Positions 56,210-64,000 of a stretch of 64,000 nt of DNA are shown here, in pieces. Both the position numbers and the translations under genes were made by a program. How positions within the stretch are numbered: the stretch's first letter is position 1; each line of letters opens with the position of its first letter. Origin of the DNA: Acidobacteriota bacterium (GTDB lineage: Bacteria; Acidobacteriota; Vicinamibacteria; Vicinamibacterales; 2-12-FULL-66-21); contig JBKPCD010000158.1 in NCBI GenBank assembly GCA_046727175.1, positions 2,910 through 66,909 on the forward strand. Reading direction: 5' to 3'. Below the pieces are notes generated by a model. The model ran no database searches and was not told the DNA's origin. It saw only the letters and a program-made list of their open reading frames with translations.

Positions 56210-57220
56210 ATGCCGTCACTGTCCGGGAAACCCGGCTCGCACCGCCCCTCGTCTGCCCGCCGCATCATCGTCGTCGTCGTCCCTCCAGTCGATGAGCTCG
56301 ATCTCGTTGGACCGCTCCAGGTCTTCAACTCCGTCAATCGCCTTGCAGGCAGGACCATTTACACGATTGAGGTGGTCACGAACGCAGACCGTCTCACGGT
56401 GGACGGCGAGGGTGGCGTGCTGACCTTCATGGCTCGACATCACTTCAGCAAAGTGGAGGCCGCGTGCGACTCGGTCCTCCTCGTCTGCGGCCTCGCTACT
56501 CGATCGGTGCGCGACGCCGCGCTTTCCGCATGGCTGAAGAAAACGGTGGGCAAAGTGCGGCGTCTCGGGGCTGTGTGCGTCGGCTCGTTTCTCCTCGCGG
56601 AGGCCGGGTTGCTGGACGGGCGACGAGCGACCACTCATTGGAGGTTCGGCCGCGAGCTGGCGACGCGATATCCCGGCGTGCGGGTCGAGCACGACCCGCT
56701 CTGGGTCAAGGACGGGAACATCTACACGTCGGCCGGGATCTCCGCCGGGATCGATCTCGCGCTCGCGTGGGTGGAAGAGGACTGCGGCGCGGGTCTCGCG
56801 CACGAAGCCGCGCGCGAGCTCGTGCTGTTCCTGCGACGGCCGGGCGGGCAGCCGCAATTGAGCGTCTCGCTCGCGTCGCAGGCGTCCGAGATGACGTCGA
56901 TCCGCGAGCTGCAGATCTGGATTGCCGAGCATCTCGAGACGCGACTGTCGGTGGAGGACCTCGCCGATCGGATGTCGATGAGCGTGCGAAACCTCGAGCG
57001 CGTCTTCACGCGCGAGGTTGGCACGACGCCATCCCAGTACGTGCTCCAGATGCGCGTGGAGGCGGCGCGCCGTCAGCTCGAACGCACGGACGGAGGCCTC
57101 AAGCAGGTGGCCGCGGCGTCCGGATTCGGCAGCGTCGACGTCATGCGGCGCGCATTCGTCCGGCTGTTGGGGATCACGCCCCGCCGATATCGGGAGCTCG
57201 CCGGCCTTCGGGGAGCATAG
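56210..57220 (+). CDS. GlxA-family AraC regulator (DJ-1/PfpI + HTH)
   Basis: VCVGSFLLAEAGLLDGRRATTHW, TSAGISAGIDL, RRPGGQ and MSVRNLERVF. Confidence 0.95.
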   Translation: MPSLSGKPGSHRPSSARRIIVVVVPPVDELDLVGPLQVFNSVNRLAGRTIYTIEVVTNADRLTVDGEGGVLTFMARHHFSKVEAACDSVLLVCGLATRSVRDAALSAWLKKTVGKVRRLGAVCVGSFLLAEAGLLDGRRATTHWRFGRELATRYPGVRVEHDPLWVKDGNIYTSAGISAGIDLALAWVEEDCGAGLAHEAARELVLFLRRPGGQPQLSVSLASQASEMTSIRELQIWIAEHLETRLSVEDLADRMSMSVRNLERVFTREVGTTPSQYVLQMRVEAARRQLERTDGGLKQVAAASGFGSVDVMRRAFVRLLGITPRRYRELAGLRGA

Positions 57221-57286
57221 AGTTCTGGAGGGTTCTTTTCGAGGCCATAATACTTGCACGTTTCGACGTTCAAAGGATGGTTATCG

Positions 57287-58198
57287 GTGAAACGCGCCGC
57301 GCTTCCGGTGCTGTTCGTTCTCTTGATAATTGTCGCGTACGAGCGCACGGCAATGACTCAGCCAGGCCTCGTCAGGCAGCTTGCTCCAGGCGTCTTTTCA
57401 CGGCAAGGCGACACCGACACCCGGCAGCCGGCGAACACGAGCTGGATCGAGTTTCGGGATTTCGTCGTCGTGATCGACGCCAACACGCCCTGGGGCATCC
57501 GCGCCATCCTGTCCGAGATCAAGAAGACCACGAGCAAGCCGATTCGATACGTGTTCGACACCCATTACCACTGGGATCACAGCCAAGGCAACAGCGTCAT
57601 GGCCGACGAAGGCGTCACGGTGGTCTGCTCGCAGGACTGCGCGACCGAGTTGACCACCAAGGGCCGGGAGGAGTGGACCGCCATGAGCAAGCGCACCGAC
57701 CAGTACAGCCTGACACCGTACCGCCTGGAGCCGCCATCGCTGGTCTTCGATCAATTCATGGCAATCGACGATGGCGACCGGAGACTCGAGCTTCGTCGCG
57801 TGGGACCCGCCCACACGAAAGGCGATGCCGTGGCATTCCTCCCGAAGGAAGGGATTCTGTTCACTGGCGATCTCTGCGTGAGCTGGCGATCCGGTAACAA
57901 CGTCGGGGACCGCGACGCCGATCATCCTCACTGGGTCCAGGTGTTGAACGATCTCGCGAGGTGGGATGTGAAGACGGTCATCCCTGGACATGGAGGTCCC
58001 GGCACCATCGACACGCTGAGGGCGCAGAGCGCATTCCTGGACGATCTCTGGAAGCAGGTCTCAGCTGGCAAGAAAGCGGGAAAGACGGTCGAGCAACTCG
58101 TCAAGGAAATCGACCTCTCGAGGCACGGTGATTTTGCGGCCGACACGCAGCAGACTCAGACGGCAATCCGGCAGGTCTTCAGAAAAGCGCCGGAATGA
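57287..58198 (+). CDS. Metallo-beta-lactamase-fold hydrolase (cyclase-like), exported
   Basis: THYHWDH, AHTKGD, FTGD and IPGHG. N-terminal hydrophobic helix. Confidence 0.9.
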   Translation: MKRAALPVLFVLLIIVAYERTAMTQPGLVRQLAPGVFSRQGDTDTRQPANTSWIEFRDFVVVIDANTPWGIRAILSEIKKTTSKPIRYVFDTHYHWDHSQGNSVMADEGVTVVCSQDCATELTTKGREEWTAMSKRTDQYSLTPYRLEPPSLVFDQFMAIDDGDRRLELRRVGPAHTKGDAVAFLPKEGILFTGDLCVSWRSGNNVGDRDADHPHWVQVLNDLARWDVKTVIPGHGGPGTIDTLRAQSAFLDDLWKQVSAGKKAGKTVEQLVKEIDLSRHGDFAADTQQTQTAIRQVFRKAPE

Positions 58199-58231
58199 TC
58201 GTCGCGGAACGCGGATGATGACGTTCCACCA

Positions 58232-58999
58232 ATGACGCGCCTGACCGACCTGTCGGTTGTCAAGACTCTTCTCGATCGCGACCGCGCCTGGGCGGCGTAC
58301 GCGATCGGCGATCTGAGCCCGGAGTACGCTGCCGACTGCGAATGGTATGCGCCCGGTGACGGCTCGCCTGCGGTCCTGCTCCTGTATCGCGGATTCGCTC
58401 CGCCAATCGTCTTCGCGTCCGGCGAGACGATGCAGCTTGCGCCGGTCTTTCGAGAGATCGACGCGCCGACCGTGTCGCTCCACCTCCGGGCCGACGGGAT
58501 CGCCGCGCTTCGATCGACGTACGACTCGGTTCAGACTCACGCGATGTGGCGCATGGTCATCGAACCAGGCTCATTCCGTTCGGCTGGCATCCAGGATGTC
58601 GTCGCTCTGGACGAGTCGTCGCTCGACGCCGTCACCGCCTTGTACGGCGATGGCCGACCACACGACGAGGTTCCGACGTTCTTTCGGCCGTCGATGCTGC
58701 AACAGGGGACATTCCGCGGGATCTGGGAAGGTTCCGATCTGATCGCAGTGGCCGGCACGCATCTGTTCTCGCCGGAACTGGGCGTCTGTGCCGTGGGGAA
58801 CGTCTACACGCGTCGTGACTGCCGGCGGCGAGGGCTTGGTGCGCGCGTCACGAGCGCGGTCGTGCAATACGCGATCGACCAGGCAATCCCGACGATTGTC
58901 CTGAACGTCGGCCAGGAGAACCCGGGTGCGCGACGCGTCTACGAACGACTCGGCTTCCATTCCCATTGCGAGTTTTTCGAGGGAGAAGCGACGGCTTAG
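58232..58999 (+). CDS. GNAT-family acetyltransferase (FR47-like)
   Basis: VGNVYT..RRRGLG and N.GARRVYERLGF. Confidence 0.9.
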   Translation: MTRLTDLSVVKTLLDRDRAWAAYAIGDLSPEYAADCEWYAPGDGSPAVLLLYRGFAPPIVFASGETMQLAPVFREIDAPTVSLHLRADGIAALRSTYDSVQTHAMWRMVIEPGSFRSAGIQDVVALDESSLDAVTALYGDGRPHDEVPTFFRPSMLQQGTFRGIWEGSDLIAVAGTHLFSPELGVCAVGNVYTRRDCRRRGLGARVTSAVVQYAIDQAIPTIVLNVGQENPGARRVYERLGFHSHCEFFEGEATA

Positions 59000-59036
59000 A
59001 GCTGACGAGCGGCAAGGTTGCGCGGTCTCGACCGGA

Positions 59037-59450
59037 TCACGCGGCCCCAGGTGCGGGAATGCTCGCTATGCCGGCGGCGGCAACCTGCTCGTCTTGCGCT
59101 GACGTGGCCCCTGAAACACCCACGGCACCGACACAAGCGGTGCCTATCTTGATGGGAAGACCGCCCTGGACGCGCGTCACGCCCGGCATGGTCACCAGAC
59201 CCGGACGATCCTTGACCATGTCCTCGAGCGTCTTCGTCGGGAGCCGCATCACCGCCGCGGTTCGTGCCTTCGAAACGGCAATCTCGGCGCTTTGCGGGAG
59301 CGCGCCATCCAGTCGCTCGAGCGCGAGAGGGAATCCCCCATCATCGACGACGGCGATTGTGACGGTCCACTGGTTCTTCTCCGCCTCTGCCCGAGCGGCG
59401 GACACGATCCGCCGCGCGTCATCGATCGTCAATACGAGCTTCTGATCCAT
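59037..59450 (-). CDS. GlcG/HbpS-family heme-binding protein
   Basis: IAVVDDGG, KARTA, GGLPI and GAVGVSG...QDEQVA. GAGG RBS. Confidence 0.9.
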   Translation of the reverse strand: MDQKLVLTIDDARRIVSAARAEAEKNQWTVTIAVVDDGGFPLALERLDGALPQSAEIAVSKARTAAVMRLPTKTLEDMVKDRPGLVTMPGVTRVQGGLPIKIGTACVGAVGVSGATSAQDEQVAAAGIASIPAPGAA

Positions 59451-59476
59451 ACACGTCCTCGCCCGACTGCGCAGCA

Positions 59477-60427
59477 TCAACAATTTACCGCGGGCCGGCT
59501 GCTAAGGGATCGCGACGAGCCCTCGCACTCGAAGTATGAGCTCGATGCAATCGCCAAGGGTGATTCGCCAAGATGCCGTTGGAAAAATGCCACCATGCGC
59601 GTCACTTCGTCGTGGTGTTGAACCGCGTTCGTGAAGATGCTGTTGTGTTCGCCGCCCTCGTAGTACTTCGCTTCGACAGTTTTTCCGGCGCGGCGAAGGG
59701 CGGCCTCGAAGTCGCGCGCCCTCTGGACGGCAGTCATGGCTGACCCTGCATTCGCAGGGCCGTCGGCGATGCCATGCAGGATCAGAATTGCCGACTTGAC
59801 ATTGGCGGGAATGAAGTCATCGGGATAGCCAGACGAGTCGAGGACGGCGGCCCTGACGTCGCTCGCGTGTTGAACGTAGTTCAGCGTCGCTCCAGCGCCC
59901 CGTGAATGTCCGATCAGGCCAATTCGTGCGGAGCGCACGCCTGGGAGCGCACCAGTCCCCTTCACGAGCGCGCCGACTATCTGCACCGCCTCGGGTGTCG
60001 TCGCCACCGGCATCGGGGGCGCTTCAGGACAATCGATCGGCGCGCTGACGGCACCCGCGCCGGATCCGCCGCCGCCCGCAAACCAGCAGGCGGCCACCGC
60101 GATCAGACCGCCTCGAGCAAGCTCCTCCGCCAGTTGCACGTACTGCGGCGCGAAGCCATGCGTGCCGTGAAGAAGAATCGCCGCGGGAAAGGGTCCTGGG
60201 CCGGCGGGTCTGGCAACAGCGGCCAGCATGACGCCCACACCGGGAGCCGAGATCTTCACCCACTGCACCGATTTCGCTTCCATTCCGCGAGGTGTGTCAG
60301 CTGGAGAAATAGTCGGTGTCTTCGCACCGAGCTCCTTTGTAGTCTGTGCAGGGCGGTGACCGACCGGAGAAGTCAGAGCAGGCTGCATGCCGACGGCAAC
60401 CAGGGTCACAGCGAAAGACATTCTCAT
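59477..60427 (-). CDS. Dienelactone-hydrolase-family alpha/beta hydrolase, exported
   Basis: GPFPAAILLHG, GHSRG nucleophile elbow, ILHG..D and YEGGEH. Confidence 0.85.
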   Translation of the reverse strand: MRMSFAVTLVAVGMQPALTSPVGHRPAQTTKELGAKTPTISPADTPRGMEAKSVQWVKISAPGVGVMLAAVARPAGPGPFPAAILLHGTHGFAPQYVQLAEELARGGLIAVAACWFAGGGGSGAGAVSAPIDCPEAPPMPVATTPEAVQIVGALVKGTGALPGVRSARIGLIGHSRGAGATLNYVQHASDVRAAVLDSSGYPDDFIPANVKSAILILHGIADGPANAGSAMTAVQRARDFEAALRRAGKTVEAKYYEGGEHNSIFTNAVQHHDEVTRMVAFFQRHLGESPLAIASSSYFECEGSSRSLSSRPAVNC

Positions 60428-60485
60428 GGGCTACATGTTATTCAAGAACACTGACCGTCTGAACGCGGCGATGCGCTTTTCCTGC

Positions 60486-63203
60486 CTACTCTTGCCGCAG
60501 CGCCGCCACTGGATCCACGCGCGACGCCCGCAAGGCCGGGGCACTCGCGGCGACGACGCCGACGACCAGCATCAGCGAGATCACGACCCCGAGGACGGCC
60601 GGATCGATTCGGCTCGCACCGACGACGCTTGCGCTAACCAGCCGCAAAGCGACCAACGCGGTCGGCACGCCAATCGCGAACCCTGCCGCGATCAGCGTCA
60701 GCGCTTCACGAAGCACCATTCGAATCACGGCACCACGACTGGCGCCGAGCGCGATCCGAAGACCGATCTCGCTCGTCCGGAGCGCCGTCGCGTAGGATGT
60801 CATGGCATACAAGCCTGCTGCCGCAAGCATCAGGGCAAGGACCGCAAACAACCCCGACGCGTGTGCGATCGATCGCTCACCGCTGAGCGTCTGGCTCATG
60901 AGAGCGCGAACGGACTCGATCATCGTGACCTTCAAGCCGGCGTCGAATCCCTGCAGCCCGCGTCGTACCGCGGGAATCGTCGAAGCGACATCGGGCCGCG
61001 TCTTGATAGCAATGTTGAACGTCGCAATCGCGTCTCCGGTCTGAAGCAGCGGGAGGTAGAAGCGTCGCTCGGTCTTGCCTTTCAGATCACGTTGCTTGTT
61101 GTCCTTCACGACGCCGACAATCGTGTAACGCTCGCCACCGTTCTGAATGACTGTTCCCAGCGGGCTGCGCTGTCCAAAATAGAACGTTGCCATGGTCTCG
61201 TTAATCATTGCAACGAGTGGCGCACGCGCCACATCGCGCTCATCGAACTGGCGGCCGGCGAGAAGCGGAATCCCGATCACCTCGAAGTACCGCGGGCCGA
61301 CTTGATCGAAACTTGCCTGCGTGTCTTCTCGGCGCGACGGTTGGAATCCGTCGATCTGCAGTCCTTGGGTGCTCGAATCGATGCCGCTGAACAGGCCGTT
61401 TTCCGAGACGGTCGCGCCAAGCACTCCCGGAATCGACCGCAGGCGCTCGAGTAACGAACTCACACGCGACAGCCGTTCCGCGTTTGTCGCACCGGCTCCC
61501 GGCGATATGTCCGCTTTCATGACGATAAGGTTGTCGCGTGAGTAACCCACGTCCAGTCGTTCCAGCGATGCCAGGCTGCGCACGAACACGCCCGCAAGAA
61601 TCAGCAGCGGGACTGACAGTCCCAACTGGCCGATTACCAGCAGCCTGCTCAATGAGCGGCCACCGCCCGAGCCGCGCGCGCTTTGTCTCAGTGTAGGTGT
61701 CAGTTCAACTCGCGTGGAGCGCGCCGCGGGGACGAGCGCGACGAGGATCGTCGTGAGCAGGCACAACCCTGCGGTGAAGGTCAGCACGATGAAATCAGGC
61801 TGCACGTCGACATGGAACGGGACCGGATTCGGACCGCCGCGCGAAAGCAGCTGCGACAGGAGCCGGCTGCCGGACGTGGCCAGAATCAGGCCGCCGGCTC
61901 CACCAAGGACTGCGAGCAGTGCGCTTTCGGTCAGCAGCTGCCGAATCAGTCGGGTCCGGCTGGCGCCGATCGCCAGGCGGATGACGATTTCGTTCTGCCG
62001 CCTCGTCGCACGCGCCAGCAGAAGGTTCGCGACGTTTGCACATGCGATCACCAGCACGAGGCCGACAACGGCCATCAGCGTAAACAGCAGCGACGAGACA
62101 TTCTTCCGTACCCAGGAGAAGCCCCGTCCACCGGGTTCAACGGGCAGGCGGCGGGTTCGGATTTCGTTGAGCTGCTCAACAGCAAGAGCACGGTCCTGAA
62201 AGTCGGCGAGCGTGCGCTGCGCAATCAGCGTCAACTCCATGCGAGCCCGTTCGAGAGAAACGCCGGGGGCGAGACGTCCCAAAGCAAGCAGCCAGTTCGA
62301 GTCGCGGCGCTCGAGTTTCGACTGACCCGATTGGACCTGTGGCTGCATCGACAGCGGAATCCAGACGTCGGTCGGACTTCCTACCACCTCGCCCGCGAAG
62401 GATCGCGGCCCGACACCAACGATGGTGCAGACCACTCCGTTCAGGCGCACTGTCCTTCCAACGATGTCGGCGGTGCGCCCGAATCGTTTCTCCCAGAATC
62501 CATGGCTGATGACGAGGTCGTGACTCGCGCTCCGCGCTCTGTCCTCCTCGGCGACAAACGTGCGACCGATCGACGCGGAGACACCGAGGACATCGAAGTA
62601 GTTGCCCGATACAAATCGCGCGCGCACCTCTTCAGGACCACCTGCGGCTTCGATCATCTCGATGCGCCCGGCGCGACCAGACGCGAGCAACCCCGTGAAT
62701 ACATGGTTCTCGTCGCGCAATCGCTGATACAGGGGATACGAAAGCACGTCCAGCATTGGCGCGCCTTCCCAAAGCGCCGTCGGACGGGATGGATCGCCAA
62801 CCGCCACCAGTTCCTGCGGTGACCGCACCGGCAGAGACCGCAGCGCGACGGCATCGATCAGCGTGAAGATGGCCGTATTCGCACCGATGCCCAACACGAG
62901 AGACAGAATCGCCGTCGCTGTGAAACCCGGGCTTCTGCGGATCGCGCGCAGCGCGTACCGCACATCTTGCAACGTCGTTTCCACGAGCAGCACCCCGCGG
63001 GTATCCCGACACCGCTCTTTGATCAGATCGACACTACCGAAAGCAAGGTGCGCGCGTCGCGCAGCCTCCGCGTGAGAGACGCCTGCACTCAGGTTCTTCT
63101 CGATCTCGTGATCGAAATGGAGGCGGAGCTCCTCGTCCAGCTCACGTTCGACGGCGGAGCGTCGGAAGAGCGCTCGAAGGCGAAAGATCAGGTCTGCCAG
63201 CAT
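60486..63203 (-). CDS. ADOP-type ABC permease
   Basis: ELDEELRLH prefix, [17 protein letters not shown] and VDPVAALRQE. Confidence 0.94.
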   Translation of the reverse strand: MLADLIFRLRALFRRSAVERELDEELRLHFDHEIEKNLSAGVSHAEAARRAHLAFGSVDLIKERCRDTRGVLLVETTLQDVRYALRAIRRSPGFTATAILSLVLGIGANTAIFTLIDAVALRSLPVRSPQELVAVGDPSRPTALWEGAPMLDVLSYPLYQRLRDENHVFTGLLASGRAGRIEMIEAAGGPEEVRARFVSGNYFDVLGVSASIGRTFVAEEDRARSASHDLVISHGFWEKRFGRTADIVGRTVRLNGVVCTIVGVGPRSFAGEVVGSPTDVWIPLSMQPQVQSGQSKLERRDSNWLLALGRLAPGVSLERARMELTLIAQRTLADFQDRALAVEQLNEIRTRRLPVEPGGRGFSWVRKNVSSLLFTLMAVVGLVLVIACANVANLLLARATRRQNEIVIRLAIGASRTRLIRQLLTESALLAVLGGAGGLILATSGSRLLSQLLSRGGPNPVPFHVDVQPDFIVLTFTAGLCLLTTILVALVPAARSTRVELTPTLRQSARGSGGGRSLSRLLVIGQLGLSVPLLILAGVFVRSLASLERLDVGYSRDNLIVMKADISPGAGATNAERLSRVSSLLERLRSIPGVLGATVSENGLFSGIDSSTQGLQIDGFQPSRREDTQASFDQVGPRYFEVIGIPLLAGRQFDERDVARAPLVAMINETMATFYFGQRSPLGTVIQNGGERYTIVGVVKDNKQRDLKGKTERRFYLPLLQTGDAIATFNIAIKTRPDVASTIPAVRRGLQGFDAGLKVTMIESVRALMSQTLSGERSIAHASGLFAVLALMLAAAGLYAMTSYATALRTSEIGLRIALGASRGAVIRMVLREALTLIAAGFAIGVPTALVALRLVSASVVGASRIDPAVLGVVISLMLVVGVVAASAPALRASRVDPVAALRQE

Positions 63204-63213
63204 CGCTGCACCG

Positions 63214-63543
63214 TTAGGCGAGGTCGAGCACCTGACCAACGACCTTTACCAGCTCGCGCCACGATTTCGTGGCCGATTCCAGCTGTTTCCTACCCGTTGT
63301 CGTGAGCGCGTAGTACTTCGCCCGGCGATTGCTCGCTGTCGTGCGCCACGATGCCTTGATCCAGCCGGCCCGTTCCAGTCGGTGCAGGGAGGGATACAGG
63401 GAGCCCTGGCCGAGTTGAAGCGCATCCCGCGAGATTTGCTGCAGCCGCTCGGAAACCGCCCATCCGTGCAGCGGTTCCAACGCCAATGCCTTGAGGATCA
63501 GCAGGTCCAGCGTCCCCTGGGGAAGGGTCAGTCGTTCGCCCAT
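63214..63543 (-). CDS. PadR-family transcriptional regulator (acidobacterial type)
   Basis: PQGTLDLLIL, HGWAVS, GSLYPSLHRLE and NRRAKYYALT. Confidence 0.94.
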   Translation of the reverse strand: MGERLTLPQGTLDLLILKALALEPLHGWAVSERLQQISRDALQLGQGSLYPSLHRLERAGWIKASWRTTASNRRAKYYALTTTGRKQLESATKSWRELVKVVGQVLDLA

Positions 63544-63560
63544 CGTTGGTTCCGTGTGCT

Positions 63561-63615
63561 CCCCTGATGCTTCGACACCAGAACTGTAGACTATTCTTCT
63601 GTCGAAGCGCAAGGG
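63561..63615 (-). promoter_or_regulatory. Inverted pair of PadR-like operators around a TTGCGC-N18-TACAGT promoter
   Basis: gcttcgaca (63569-63577) and tgtcgaagc (63600-63608) are a perfect inverted repeat. Each site reads TGTCGA-AGC-NNNAGGG. Confidence 0.6.
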
Positions 63616-63902
63616 AAGATTCGTTCGTGGCGACTGGCGGGATCTTTCGAGCGCGCGGATTGCGGACTTAATCGCCACGAATAGTATCCCGCGACGCCGC
63701 TTTCACTTCAAGACTGTTTGTGAGCCGCCAACGCCTGTATCATCGCGGGCCCATGTCGAAAGATGTACGTTCTCGCCGAGCCGGGGCGCCCGGCGCTCAG
63801 CGGACGTCTCGATCGCGCCACGCCATCTCACCGTCGCGCACGGCTGATGAACGCCTGGTGGACGCCGATCCCGTCCAGCCGCTCGCCCCGCTGACCGATC
63901 CA

Positions 63903-64000
63903 TCAATCCTCGCGAGAGTTGTGTCTCACCTTGCGCCCGAGACGCTCCATCAGTTCATTCGGCAGCGCGGACTCGATGCGTGCGGCGAGCTCGATACGTT
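63903..64000 (-). CDS. 3' end of a CDS entering from beyond the window
   Basis: Open frame RIELAARIESALPNELMERLGRKVRHNSRED ending in TGA at 63903. No functional motif visible. Confidence 0.4.
   Translation of the reverse strand, partial: RIELAARIESALPNELMERLGRKVRHNSRED

Noticed and set aside
63703-63906. 67-aa minus-strand ORF
   Set aside because: No motif or RBS and a composition like a non-coding frame; cannot be supported.

Overview
A 64-kb, GC-rich, accessory-type region that most likely comes from an Acidobacteriota (Vicinamibacteria-like) genome. The taxon is inferred from gene content: an expansion of duplicated orphan MacB/FtsX-type permeases with PadR regulators, and a Ser/Thr kinase fused to a TolB-like propeller. 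About 55 CDSs are supported. They include 7 large ADOP-type ABC permeases (the first cut by the window edge) plus one internally deleted mini-copy, 4 PadR regulators, glgB, an orphan PAS histidine kinase, an S8 protease/OM-barrel pair, a MazF-type toxin-antitoxin pair, alkA, dps, an NrtR-linked esterase pair, an ABC-2 exporter, an ECF41 sigma/CMD pair, a molybdopterin oxidoreductase and an IS630 element with intact ends. I saw no rRNA, tRNA or CRISPR array. The most notable non-coding signals are: (i) recurring palindromic operator/promoter units ahead of PadR and ADOP genes; (ii) two copies of a GC-rich element, each ending just before a start codon; (iii) a TTAA-bounded MITE that cuts off the 5' end of an LRR gene; (iv) many intergenic 7-, 8- and 9-mer tandem repeats; (v) a GT-N7-AC NrtR box and ECF41 promoters. 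Uncharacterised proteins of interest are a secreted triple Cys-repeat protein, a CxxCH/QW-motif protein and a glutaredoxin-DUF2892 fusion. All calls come from reading motifs by eye; no database searches were run.
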